From positions 2,720,001-2,784,000 of the forward strand of contig CBDAON010000004.1 of the NCBI GenBank assembly GCA_965198065.1: a stretch of DNA of 64,000 nucleotides. The letters run 5' to 3'. Within the stretch, counting starts at the first letter, position 1; every line of letters begins with the position of its first letter. Source of the stretch: Longimicrobiales bacterium (lineage in GTDB: Bacteria; Gemmatimonadota; Gemmatimonadetes; Longimicrobiales; Gaopeijiaceae). Of the stretch, positions 30,659 to 39,966 are shown piece after piece. Both the position numbers and the translations under genes were made by a program. The notes beneath the pieces are model-generated. The model made no database searches, was not told where the DNA came from, and worked only from the letters and a program-made list of their open reading frames with translations.

Positions 30659-31099
30659 ATGATCCTCAGGGTCGACCTTTCCAGCCCCACTCCGGTCTAT
30701 CTCCAGATCGTCGACTGCGTCCGCCGGGCCATTGCCGTGGGATCGATCAAGGCCGGCGACCGTCTGCCAGCTATCCGCGAGGCGGCCGTCCAGACGCGGG
30801 TAAATCGAAATACGGTGGGCCGCGCGTACCTGGAGCTCGAGCATCAGGGACTCGTCCGTGCCCGTCAGGGCTCGGGCTTCTACGTGACGGACAATGGATC
30901 GCGGGTAGAGCGCGCAGTGCGCCGCGAAGCGCTGCTCGAGCAGGTGAAGGAGTTGGTCGTCGAGGCACGGCTCGCGGGGACGTCCACGGAGCAGCTCGTC
31001 GAGACGCTCGTCGAGCACAGCAAGATGCTGGAAGCGGAGCACGCCAGCACACTGGACGCGGAGCAGCCCGCTCCGACAAACGGAGACCGACATGACTGA
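30659..31099 (+). CDS. GntR family regulator (YtrA subfamily)
   Basis: PVYLQI...GDRLPAIRE...VNRNTVGRAYLELE..G...RQGSGFYV; upstream of ABC genes. Confidence 0.9.
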   Translation: MILRVDLSSPTPVYLQIVDCVRRAIAVGSIKAGDRLPAIREAAVQTRVNRNTVGRAYLELEHQGLVRARQGSGFYVTDNGSRVERAVRREALLEQVKELVVEARLAGTSTEQLVETLVEHSKMLEAEHASTLDAEQPAPTNGDRHD

Positions 31100-31977
31100 C
31101 TGGGCCGTCGAGACCCTCGGCCTCGGCCGCAGGTTCGGGAAGAGCTGGGCTGTCCGTGAGTTGAATCTGCAGGTTCCGCGAGGCTCGGCGCTGGGGCTCC
31201 TCGGGCCGAACGGAGCCGGGAAGTCGACCACGATCCACATGTTGATGGGCCTGCTCCCCGCCACGGAGGGCTCCGCGCGGGTCCTCGGACTGGATCCGGC
31301 CGACGACGACGTCGGGATTCGCCGGAAGGTCGGGTACGTTGCCGAGGAGCACGGCTTCTACGGCTGGATGTCGGTGGATGAGACGATCGGCCGGCCTCGT
31401 GTCCGCCTACCACCGCGACTGGAACGATGAGACGCGTCGCGAGCTCCAGGAAGAGTTCGCGCTGGACAGCCGCACGCTGATCCGGGAGCTCTCCAAGGGG
31501 ATGCAGGCGAGGCTCGCTCTGCTCCTCGCGCTCTCCTTCGATCCGGAGATGCTCGTCATGGACGAGCCGACGGGCGGTCTGGACCCTGTGTCCCGGCGCA
31601 CCTTCATCGAGACCGTCTTGGCACGATATCAGGAGAGTGGAAAGACGATTCTCCTCTCCTCCCACCTCCTGAACGATTTCTCCGGGCTCCTCGATCACGT
31701 GGCCTTCCTCAGGGACGGTCGCCTCGAGCTCGCAGTCCCCCTGGACGAACTGCGGGCCCGGGTGAAGCGGGTACGCCTCACCTTCGAGGATGGAGCCCCG
31801 AGCTCGCTCTCGGTGTCCGGCGCGCGCCGAGTCCAGACCAACGGTCGAGAGGCGGTCGCGACCTTCGACCGCTTCGACCCCGTGGAGACGCCTCGACTTC
31901 TCGCTGCCGTGGGCGCGTCAGACGTGCAGGTCGAGGAGCTCTCGCTCGAGGACATCTTCGTCGAGGTCCTCCGATGA
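31092..31977 (+). pseudogene. ABC transporter ATP-binding protein, frameshift near 31390
   Basis: GPNGAGKST in 31092-31430; LSKGM, MDEPTGGLD, SSH in 31339-31977. Confidence 0.8.
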
Positions 31978-33502
31978 CGGTGCTATCCTCGCCGGTGCCC
32001 CGGGGGCTCCACCGGGCGGCGATGCCCGCGCTCTCCTCGGTGCCGATCTATCGGAAGGACGTTCGCGCCCTGATGAAGCCGATCCTCTGGCTCGTGCTCC
32101 TCCAAGGCATCTACATGGTCGGGGTGGCGCTCCTCTACTGGTACAACGGCTGGCCCGAGGCGTACGCCGTCGCTTCAGAGACCCTGATCGTCACCGGCTG
32201 GGCCTTCGGCCAGACGCTCGCGCTCATCGCCGCCGCACAGTTCTGGGCGGAAGAGCGGTCTGCGGGGACCGACGCCCTCCTCCTCCGGCTGCCAGCGGCC
32301 CGGCGGCGGATCTACGTCGAGAAGGCGGCTGCCGGCCTCACCGTCCTCGCGATCTTCTGGCTTCTCACGGCGAGCGTCCACGTGGCCGCGACGCCGCTCG
32401 GAGGTCTGTGGCCGTCCGAACAGAGCGAGCTGCTCAGGGGTGGGATGCTGGAGGCGATGTGGGACACCGGGCTCGGCTTCGGTCTCGGAGCCGGGGAAGG
32501 CGGGCTGGTGTTCGGGATGGGCGTCGGAGAGATCCTGGCCGCAGTCTGCCTCTCCTCTTACCTGGTGGGTCTGCCCCTCTCGCTCCTCGCTCGCCGGCCC
32601 GTGTTCGTAGTCCTGTCCGGCTACGCGATCTGGACGATCGGAGCCTTCGGCGTCTCGCCAGGGCGGACTTCGCCTCGTGGGACCTCGTGGCGCTGAGCCT
32701 GGTCATGTACGCCCCGCTCGTCGCGATCCCGCTGGTCCTGGTTCTTCCGGGGCGGCGGTTCGGCCTCCTTCGAAAAACCCGGTGGCCGGCAGGCCGGCGT
32801 CCCCTGCTGGGTCTCGTCTGGAAGGCGTTCGCGGAAAATGGGGCGCTCCACGCGCTGTCCCTGGTCTTCATCGTCACGGTGGCGCTCGCTACCGAGATGG
32901 ACGCCTTCTTGACGCTGGCAGGGGGAACCATCCTGGTCACGGCGCTTGGAACGGCCGCCTACGACGCTTCCGAGAAGGAGGGGCTCCGCTCCGTGCTCTA
33001 CGACCACCCCGTGCCGCGCGAGCATCTCTTCTGGGCCAAGATCGGTGTGGGACTCGTCCCGGTGGTGGCAGTGTCCGTTGGAGTCTTCCTGCACTGGAGC
33101 CGCCAGGCGCCAGTGCCGCTCGCCACGGCGCTGGCGTTCGGGGTGTTCGCCTACGCGGTCTCCGTGCTGATTACGTTGGCGATCCAGCGCGAGAGCACTG
33201 CTCTGCTAGCAGCGGAATGCCTGGTCGCCGGCGCGGCCGCGACGCCCCTGATTCTCGCGGACCTGTTTCGACCGGCGAGCGGGCTACCGCCCGGGGACGA
33301 AACGAGCGCGCTCCTTCTGGTCGCCGCGCCCTCCTACGCGACCCTTGCCGCGGGCTGCCTCGCGGGCGCGTGGTGGGCGGCCACGAACCGAACGGTGCTC
33401 ACCGGATCGGCGCGCTACCGGCTGGCCTTTGCCGGTCGGCTGTTGGGCGCCCTCGCGGCCGTCGCGCTGCTCGTCGGAGCCGTCGGGTGGAGCCGGCTCT
33501 AG
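31974..33502 (+). pseudogene. ABC-2-type permease-like membrane protein, frameshift near 32650
   Basis: Two hydrophobic halves in different frames (EERSAGT..LL.LP..R..I..EK; EKEG....L...PVPR..LF.AK). Confidence 0.6.
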
Positions 33503-33511
33503 GCACCTAGC

Positions 33512-34477
33512 CTACGCGACCCGGTCGCGCGGCTCCCTCCCCCCGAAGTAGGCGTCAAGATTGTCGAGCGCCCTGAACCCCATGGCATCGCGCGTCTCGG
33601 CGGTCGCGCTCCCGATGTGCGGCATCAGGAACGTGTTGGGGAGCGCGACGAGCCTCTTGTCCACGTTGGGTTCATCGTTGTAGACGTCGAGGCCGGCAGC
33701 CCCGAGCTTCCCCGATTTCAACGCGTCGATGAGTGCGTCGTCGTCCACGATCGCGCCTCGGGCGGCGTTCACGAAGATCGCGCCGTCGGGGAGCAGCCCG
33801 AACCGCCGAGCATCCATCAGGCCGCGGGTCGAGGGCGTAGCGCTGCAATGAAGGGTCAGGAACTCGCACTGCGGCAACATGTCGTCGAGCGCCTCGTGGA
33901 AGACCGCTCCCTCCTCGCGCTCCGGGGGCAGCCGTCGGACGTCGTGGTAGTGGATCTCCATCGCGAAGCCCCGGGCCCGACGGGCCACCACCTGACCGAC
34001 CCGGCCCATGCCGATGACGCCCAGGCGCTTGCCCGTTACTTGGGTACCGACCATGAACGCCGGGCTCCAGTCCCTCCACCTGCCCTCTCGGACCAACCTT
34101 TCCCCCTCACTGGCGCGCCGCGCCGCGCCGAGCATCAGCATCATCGTCAGCTCGGCGGTGGCGTCCGAGAGCACGTCCGGCGTGTTCGTGACGACGATGC
34201 CCTTCTTCCTGGCGGCCTCCACGTCCACGTGGTCGAAGCCGACCGAGTAATTGGCGATGATCTCCACTGAGGGGGGGAGGCGCTCTAAGACGTCGGCCGA
34301 GAATCGCTCGGTATGGCACGGCAAGATCGCCTGCGCGCCCACCGCGTTCTCGATCAGCTCCTCCGGTGAATAGAGCCGATCGTCGGGGTTGAGCCGACAC
34401 TCGTAATCGCGCAGGAGGCGGTCTTCGATGGCAGGACGTAGCTTGCGCGTGACGAGCACTACGGGCCTTGGACTCAT
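33512..34477 (-). CDS. D-2-hydroxyacid dehydrogenase (glyoxylate/2-ketogluconate reductase-like)
   Basis: VTNTPDVL, GMGRVG, NAARG, GLDVY..EP, PHIGSAT. Confidence 0.92.
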   Translation of the reverse strand: MSPRPVVLVTRKLRPAIEDRLLRDYECRLNPDDRLYSPEELIENAVGAQAILPCHTERFSADVLERLPPSVEIIANYSVGFDHVDVEAARKKGIVVTNTPDVLSDATAELTMMLMLGAARRASEGERLVREGRWRDWSPAFMVGTQVTGKRLGVIGMGRVGQVVARRARGFAMEIHYHDVRRLPPEREEGAVFHEALDDMLPQCEFLTLHCSATPSTRGLMDARRFGLLPDGAIFVNAARGAIVDDDALIDALKSGKLGAAGLDVYNDEPNVDKRLVALPNTFLMPHIGSATAETRDAMGFRALDNLDAYFGGREPRDRVA

Positions 34478-34515
34478 TCACGTCCCTCCATGTCGGATCT
34501 CCGGGGTTTTGAATC

Positions 34516-35487
34516 ATGAAGATCTACAAGTTCATCAATCGTGTCCCCGGCGGGATGATGGTCGTTCCGCTGTTCCTCGGCATGGTCGTCAACACGTTCT
34601 TCCCAGACCTGCTCAGGATCGGCGGCTTCACCGAAGCGTTGACCGGCGTGGGCTACCCGACCGTCCTCGGCATGTATCTCTTCACCGTGGGCACCAAGAT
34701 GACCGTCCGGGCCGCTCCGAGGATGGTTCTCCGCGGCTTCGGTATTCTGACGGCCAAGGTGGGGACCGCGACCGCCTTCGCGCTCACCGTGGCGCACGTG
34801 TTCGACGGCAGCATCATCGGCCTGAGCACGTTGGCCGTGATGGTGGCGATGAGCGACACGAACGGGGGGATGTTCCTGGCCCTGACGGGCGCCATGGGCA
34901 GCAAGGAGGACTCCGGTACGTATGTCGTGCAGAGCATCGAGACCGGACCCTTCCTGACGATGCTGATCTTCGTGGGCACGGGCCTGGCGGACATTCCGTG
35001 GCTGACGATGGTCTCGGTGATTGCTCCAATTGCCGTGGGCTCGATCCTCGGCAACCTGGACGACGATCTGAGAAAGTTCTTCGGGTCTCACGAGCCGATC
35101 ATCATTCCGTTCATGGCCTTCACCCTGGGTCAGACGATCGACCTGCGATCGGTCGTGACCGCCGGCGCTCCAGGCATCGTCCTGGGCGTGACGGTTCTGG
35201 TCGTCACCGGCCTCGTGTGCATCACGGCCGACCGCTTGCTCGGCGGGAGCGGCATCGCGGGGGCGGCGGCCTCCAGCACGGCCGGTAACTCCGCGGTGGT
35301 TCCGCAGGCCGTCGCGCTGGCGGATGCGTCGTTTGTTCCCGTGGCGGCAGCCGCGACTGTCCAGGTGGCCGCTTCCGTGATCGTCACCGCGATCCTGACG
35401 CCGCTCCTGACCGCCTGGTGGTACCGGAAGGTGACCAGGGAGAAGGCCACCGAGGGGGAGGAAGCTCCGGCAGCGCCGCCCACCTGA
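34516..35487 (+). CDS. kdgT: 2-keto-3-deoxygluconate permease
   Basis: VPGGMMVVPLFLG, MSDTNGG, E.GPFLTM, AASSTAGN, QVAASVIVTAIL.P. Confidence 0.88.
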   Translation: MKIYKFINRVPGGMMVVPLFLGMVVNTFFPDLLRIGGFTEALTGVGYPTVLGMYLFTVGTKMTVRAAPRMVLRGFGILTAKVGTATAFALTVAHVFDGSIIGLSTLAVMVAMSDTNGGMFLALTGAMGSKEDSGTYVVQSIETGPFLTMLIFVGTGLADIPWLTMVSVIAPIAVGSILGNLDDDLRKFFGSHEPIIIPFMAFTLGQTIDLRSVVTAGAPGIVLGVTVLVVTGLVCITADRLLGGSGIAGAAASSTAGNSAVVPQAVALADASFVPVAAAATVQVAASVIVTAILTPLLTAWWYRKVTREKATEGEEAPAAPPT

Positions 35488-35735
35488 CGCCACGGAGCCG
35501 CCGCTCGGGTGCGCGATCAGCAAACCAAGACGGCGATCCCTTCGTCCTGCGCCAGCGGAAAGATCCTTTCTTCCGCCACCCGGTTGTCGATCGCAAGGTA
35601 CGAAGCCGCAACCGTCGGGGACACTGGCCCGCCGCGGGGATTAGGGAGACCTTACGCGCTGATGGTGACGTCCCATCGCGCGCCGGCCGTCGGTAGAGGC
35701 CGGGGGCGGGAGTGTTCCCTCGGCTAATTGCTGGA

Positions 35736-36782
35736 ATGAGCTCATCGTTGACCCGCCGGAGTTTCCTTCGCGCGTCCACCGGGGCCGCCGCGTGGGCGGC
35801 CCTGTCGTGCGGCCCGGCCGGTCCTCCGGGCCCGGGCACGCGTCCTACCGGCTACCATTACGACCCCATCTATCTCGAGCACGACCCCGGAGAGGGCCAC
35901 CCGGAGCGAGCGGAGAGACTTCTTGCGATAGACGACCGCCTTAGGGCGGCAGACTGGTACCCGTCCCTGGCCCTCCCTACCGGGCGATCGGCCGAAGTCT
36001 CCGAGCTGGAGCTCGTCCACGACCCCAGATACGTGGACCTGGCTAGGGCGGAGATCCTGGCAGGCGCCCCCCGGCTCTCGACCGGGGACACCAACGTGAG
36101 CCCCTTGAGCTACGAGGTGGCGCTCCGGGCGGTGGGCGGGGTGCTGGCCGCCGTGGACGCGGTCGTCGAGGGCCGCGTGAAGAACGTGTTCTGCGCCCTC
36201 CGCCCGCCGGGCCACCACGCCACGCAGGACCGCGGCATGGGCTTCTGCATCTTCAACCAGGTGGCCATCGCGGCCCGCTACGCCCAGGTGAGACACGGAA
36301 TGGGCCGGGTGCTCATCACGGACTGGGACGTTCACCACGGCAACGGCACGCAGGACATATTCTACGCCGACGGCAGCGTGTTCTACATGAGTACGCACCA
36401 GTTCCCCTTCTACCCTGGGACCGGCTCGACCGGCGAGACGGGGGAGGGCGCTGGAGCCGGTCTCACGATGAACCGGCCGTTTCCTGCCGGCGCGGGAGAC
36501 TCGGAGATCGTGGGCGCCTTCCGGGACGACCTCCTTCCGGCCGCGCGACGGTTCGCCCCGGACCTGACCCTCGTCTCGGCCGGGTTCGACTCACGAGTGG
36601 ACGACCTCCTGGGAGGGTTCCGGGTCACGGACGAGGGCTACCGAGAGATGACCCGAGTCATGCTGGAGATCGCGTCGGTCGCCGGGGAGGGGCGCCTCGT
36701 CTCCGTCCTCGAGGGGGGCTACAACCTGGAGGGACTGGCGTCGGGAGTCTTCGCCCACCTGGACGAGCTGGTCGGCGCCTGA
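35736..36782 (+). CDS. Histone deacetylase-family amidohydrolase with Tat/lipoprotein signal
   Basis: TRRSFL...ALSC; HPE..ERL, RPPGHHA, GFC, DWDVHHGNGTQ, SAGFD, LEGGY. Confidence 0.9.
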   Translation: MSSSLTRRSFLRASTGAAAWAALSCGPAGPPGPGTRPTGYHYDPIYLEHDPGEGHPERAERLLAIDDRLRAADWYPSLALPTGRSAEVSELELVHDPRYVDLARAEILAGAPRLSTGDTNVSPLSYEVALRAVGGVLAAVDAVVEGRVKNVFCALRPPGHHATQDRGMGFCIFNQVAIAARYAQVRHGMGRVLITDWDVHHGNGTQDIFYADGSVFYMSTHQFPFYPGTGSTGETGEGAGAGLTMNRPFPAGAGDSEIVGAFRDDLLPAARRFAPDLTLVSAGFDSRVDDLLGGFRVTDEGYREMTRVMLEIASVAGEGRLVSVLEGGYNLEGLASGVFAHLDELVGA

Positions 36783-36913
36783 GCGTTCGCGACGACCCGA
36801 CCTTTCGGGCGCCGCGGGGGAGGGCCTATCTTGGGCCCGGAGGCCGCGTATGAAACGCGCGGCCGACCATCATTCGACGTGTTTTCTGAACCGGAGCCCC
36901 GTGATCCGGGAGG

Positions 36914-38962
36914 ATGAGGATGCTTACTGATTGCCGTCACACGCCCGTCCGTTGGCTTTCCGCATGGTCGAGCCTAGCGCTTGCCCTGACTCTCGCGGCC
37001 GGACTCGCTCTGCCGGCCCATGCGCAGGACCGGGGGAATCCGTACGGAGAGTGGCGGTACTGGGGCGCCGACCAGGCCAGCACGAGGTACTCTCCGCTCA
37101 ACCAGGTGAACGCGAGCAACTTCGAGAACCTGGAGCTCGCCTGGCTCTGGCGAGGCGACAACTTCGGGACGCAGCCCGACTTCATCATGCGCTCCACGCC
37201 GACCTACGCCGACGGCATCGTCTACACGGTGGCCGGCCGACGCAGAACGGTCGCGGCCATCGACCCCGCCACGGGCGAGACGCTCTGGACGTACCGGGAG
37301 CCCAATACGCAGCGCTACGAGGATTCCCCCCGCCAGAACTACGGGCGCGGTGTGGCTTACGCGGAGGTGGACGGGAGGGCGGTGATCTACCTCGTCACGC
37401 CCGCGTTCTTCCTCCATGCGCTGGACGCCAAGACCGGTGTTCCCCTGGAGGGATTCGGCGGCCAGATCCCCATCGAGGGATTCCCCGAGACGGGCACCGT
37501 GGACATGCTCGCGACCCTGGGACATCCCTATGACGTGAATGCGGGAATCGACCCGGGGGTTGGCAGGATCACGACCTCCTCGCCGCCGATCGTCGTGAAC
37601 GGCGTCATTGTCGTCGGGAACTCGGCGCAGCCGGGGGGTGGGTACACGAGGCAGGAGAACGTGCCCGGGGACGTCCAGGCCTTCGACGCCCGGACCGGCG
37701 AGCACCTATGGACGTTCCATACCATCCCGCAGGAGGGCGAGTTCGGAAACGACACGTGGGAGAACGACGCCTGGGAGTGGAGCGGGAACGTGAACGTCTG
37801 GGCGCCGCTTTCCGCGGACGCCGAGCTCGGCCTGGTCTATCTTCCGACCGACGCCCCGACGAACGACTACTTCGGCGGCTTCCGGCCTGGCGCGAACCTC
37901 TTCGGGAACAGCCTCGTCGCCGTGGACATCCAGACCGGCGAGCGGCGGTGGCACTTCCAGATGATCCACCACGACATCTGGGACTGGGACCTCCCGGTTC
38001 CGGGGATCGTCGTGGACCTGACCGTGGACGGACAGGAGATTCCGGCGATCGTCCAGACGTCCAAGCAGTCGTTCGTCTACGCGTTCAACCGGGAGACCGG
38101 CGAGCCCATCTGGCCGATCGTCGAGCGGCCGGTGCCTCAGGGTAACGTGCCCAGCGAGTGGTACTCTCCCACACAGCCCTTCCCGACGCGACCGCTCGGC
38201 TACGAGCTCCAGGGCCTCACGGTGGACGACCTCATCGACTACACGCCCGAGCTGCGAGCCAGGGCGGTCGAGCAGGTGAGCGACGTGCTGCTGGGTCCGA
38301 TCTACACTCCCTCGGTGCTCGTGGGGAACGAAGAGGGGTGGCGGACCGCGGCCCAATGCCCGAGCGCCACCGGAGGCACGAACATCCCGGGAGGACCGGT
38401 CATGGATCCCGTGACGGGGATCCTGTACGTCCAGTCCAGGAAGGCCTGTGGGGCACGCACGGTCCAGGCGATGGGGGACCGTGACGACGGGAGCCCGGGA
38501 AACAACACGGGCGTAACCGTCCTCGAATTCATCTCGGGTGGCAGCGACGGCGGCCTCGGCTCCATCGACGGGCTCCCGATCGTCCAGCCGCCCTATGGCC
38601 GCATCACGGCCATCGACATGAACACCGGGGAGCACCTCTGGTGGATCCCGAACGGGGATACGCCCGAGAACATTGCGAACCATCCGTTGCTTCAGGGAAT
38701 CGAGGTTCCCAACACCGGTTATCTGGGCAATTCGACGGTTCTGGTCACGCAGAGCCTCCTCATATTCGCGGAAGGGAGAGGAGGGCGGTCGCTGTTGTAC
38801 GCAGCCGACAAGCAGACCGGCGAGCGGATCGGGACCGTCGAGATCCCGGCGCCGACCCAACAGGCGCTGATGACGTACCTGCACGACGGCGTGCAGTACA
38901 TCGTTCTGCCGATCGCGGGGAACGGCATTCCCGGCTCACTCGCGGCTCTGCGGTTGCCGTAG
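36914..38962 (+). CDS. PQQ-dependent dehydrogenase (glucose/quinate-type beta-propeller)
   Basis: RYSPLNQVN, W.FHTIP, HHDIWDWD, QPFPT, PPYGRITAID. Confidence 0.88.
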   Translation: MRMLTDCRHTPVRWLSAWSSLALALTLAAGLALPAHAQDRGNPYGEWRYWGADQASTRYSPLNQVNASNFENLELAWLWRGDNFGTQPDFIMRSTPTYADGIVYTVAGRRRTVAAIDPATGETLWTYREPNTQRYEDSPRQNYGRGVAYAEVDGRAVIYLVTPAFFLHALDAKTGVPLEGFGGQIPIEGFPETGTVDMLATLGHPYDVNAGIDPGVGRITTSSPPIVVNGVIVVGNSAQPGGGYTRQENVPGDVQAFDARTGEHLWTFHTIPQEGEFGNDTWENDAWEWSGNVNVWAPLSADAELGLVYLPTDAPTNDYFGGFRPGANLFGNSLVAVDIQTGERRWHFQMIHHDIWDWDLPVPGIVVDLTVDGQEIPAIVQTSKQSFVYAFNRETGEPIWPIVERPVPQGNVPSEWYSPTQPFPTRPLGYELQGLTVDDLIDYTPELRARAVEQVSDVLLGPIYTPSVLVGNEEGWRTAAQCPSATGGTNIPGGPVMDPVTGILYVQSRKACGARTVQAMGDRDDGSPGNNTGVTVLEFISGGSDGGLGSIDGLPIVQPPYGRITAIDMNTGEHLWWIPNGDTPENIANHPLLQGIEVPNTGYLGNSTVLVTQSLLIFAEGRGGRSLLYAADKQTGERIGTVEIPAPTQQALMTYLHDGVQYIVLPIAGNGIPGSLAALRLP

Positions 38963-38998
38963 CTGGCGACCCCTTCTTACCGCGTCCAAGGAGGACCG

Positions 38999-39787
38999 AT
39001 GTCACGCATGAGCTCGATGGGATCCCTCGGCCAAGGGCTCATCCTTCTGGCTTTTCTGGGATCCGTTCCCGCGGCCAATGCCCAAACGGTGGTCGAGTCC
39101 AGCATCGAAGCCCGGTTCCAGCTGGATGTTCAGGTTCCCGAGGCGGCGCTCATGGCCCACGTGCCACCTGGGTTTACAGTGAACGTGTCGGCCAGGGGCC
39201 CGGCGACGGACGCCAATCTGCGGGTCGTCTTCATCGACCGGACTACGATCAACGGTCCGGACGGCGCACCGGTCGGGAAGGGATCGAATCGTCTGGTCTA
39301 CCTGATCGCCCCAGTGACGGATCCCGATGGCAACAGAGCCCAGCTGGTCATCGGGGGACTGACCGAAGACCCCGCGGATGCACCGGGACCGTTCGGAGTC
39401 TACTTGCCGGCCACGACGCAAACCCGGCGGCAGACTGCGTCCACCGGGAGCGGGCCGATCGTCGAGGAGCAGGACTGGGTCTTCACCGCGCCGACCGGTG
39501 AGCACATCGAGATGCACATCGCGTTCGAGCGGGGTCCGCGAAATAGAGGCAGCAATCCGTCCGAGACGCGGTTCTACTCGGCGAGGGATCCCGGTACCTA
39601 CGAGATCTCCAGACAGCAGCAGATGCTCGACATCTTACGGAACGTGACGACAAATCCCCCGGACCGGGTGAGCGAGTTCTCCTTCCGCGCAGGGGGGGGC
39701 AGCTACGCCGCGCTGTTCGGCGGTGCCGAGAGGGTCCTGAGCTGGGACCACATCCGCTGGGTCGATCGAACGATCCTTCGGCCGTAG
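38999..39787 (+). CDS. Hypothetical secreted protein
   Basis: RBS AAGGAGG; signal peptide ending ANA-Q; 262 aa. Confidence 0.7.
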   Translation: MSRMSSMGSLGQGLILLAFLGSVPAANAQTVVESSIEARFQLDVQVPEAALMAHVPPGFTVNVSARGPATDANLRVVFIDRTTINGPDGAPVGKGSNRLVYLIAPVTDPDGNRAQLVIGGLTEDPADAPGPFGVYLPATTQTRRQTASTGSGPIVEEQDWVFTAPTGEHIEMHIAFERGPRNRGSNPSETRFYSARDPGTYEISRQQQMLDILRNVTTNPPDRVSEFSFRAGGGSYAALFGGAERVLSWDHIRWVDRTILRP

Positions 39788-39966
39788 TGATCCCCCGGAG
39801 CTGAGCGCCCTGAGCGCGGGGACGCCGCGCTGGCGGAATCCCCATGCTTTCGTATATGCTTATTCGTATATGCTTTAGTTGTCCGTCGATTGTTACCGCG
39901 GTGGCGACGTTTCCCACGGGCTCCAGAAGGCGAAAGACCCCCTCTTACCGGGTCCAAGGAGGACCG

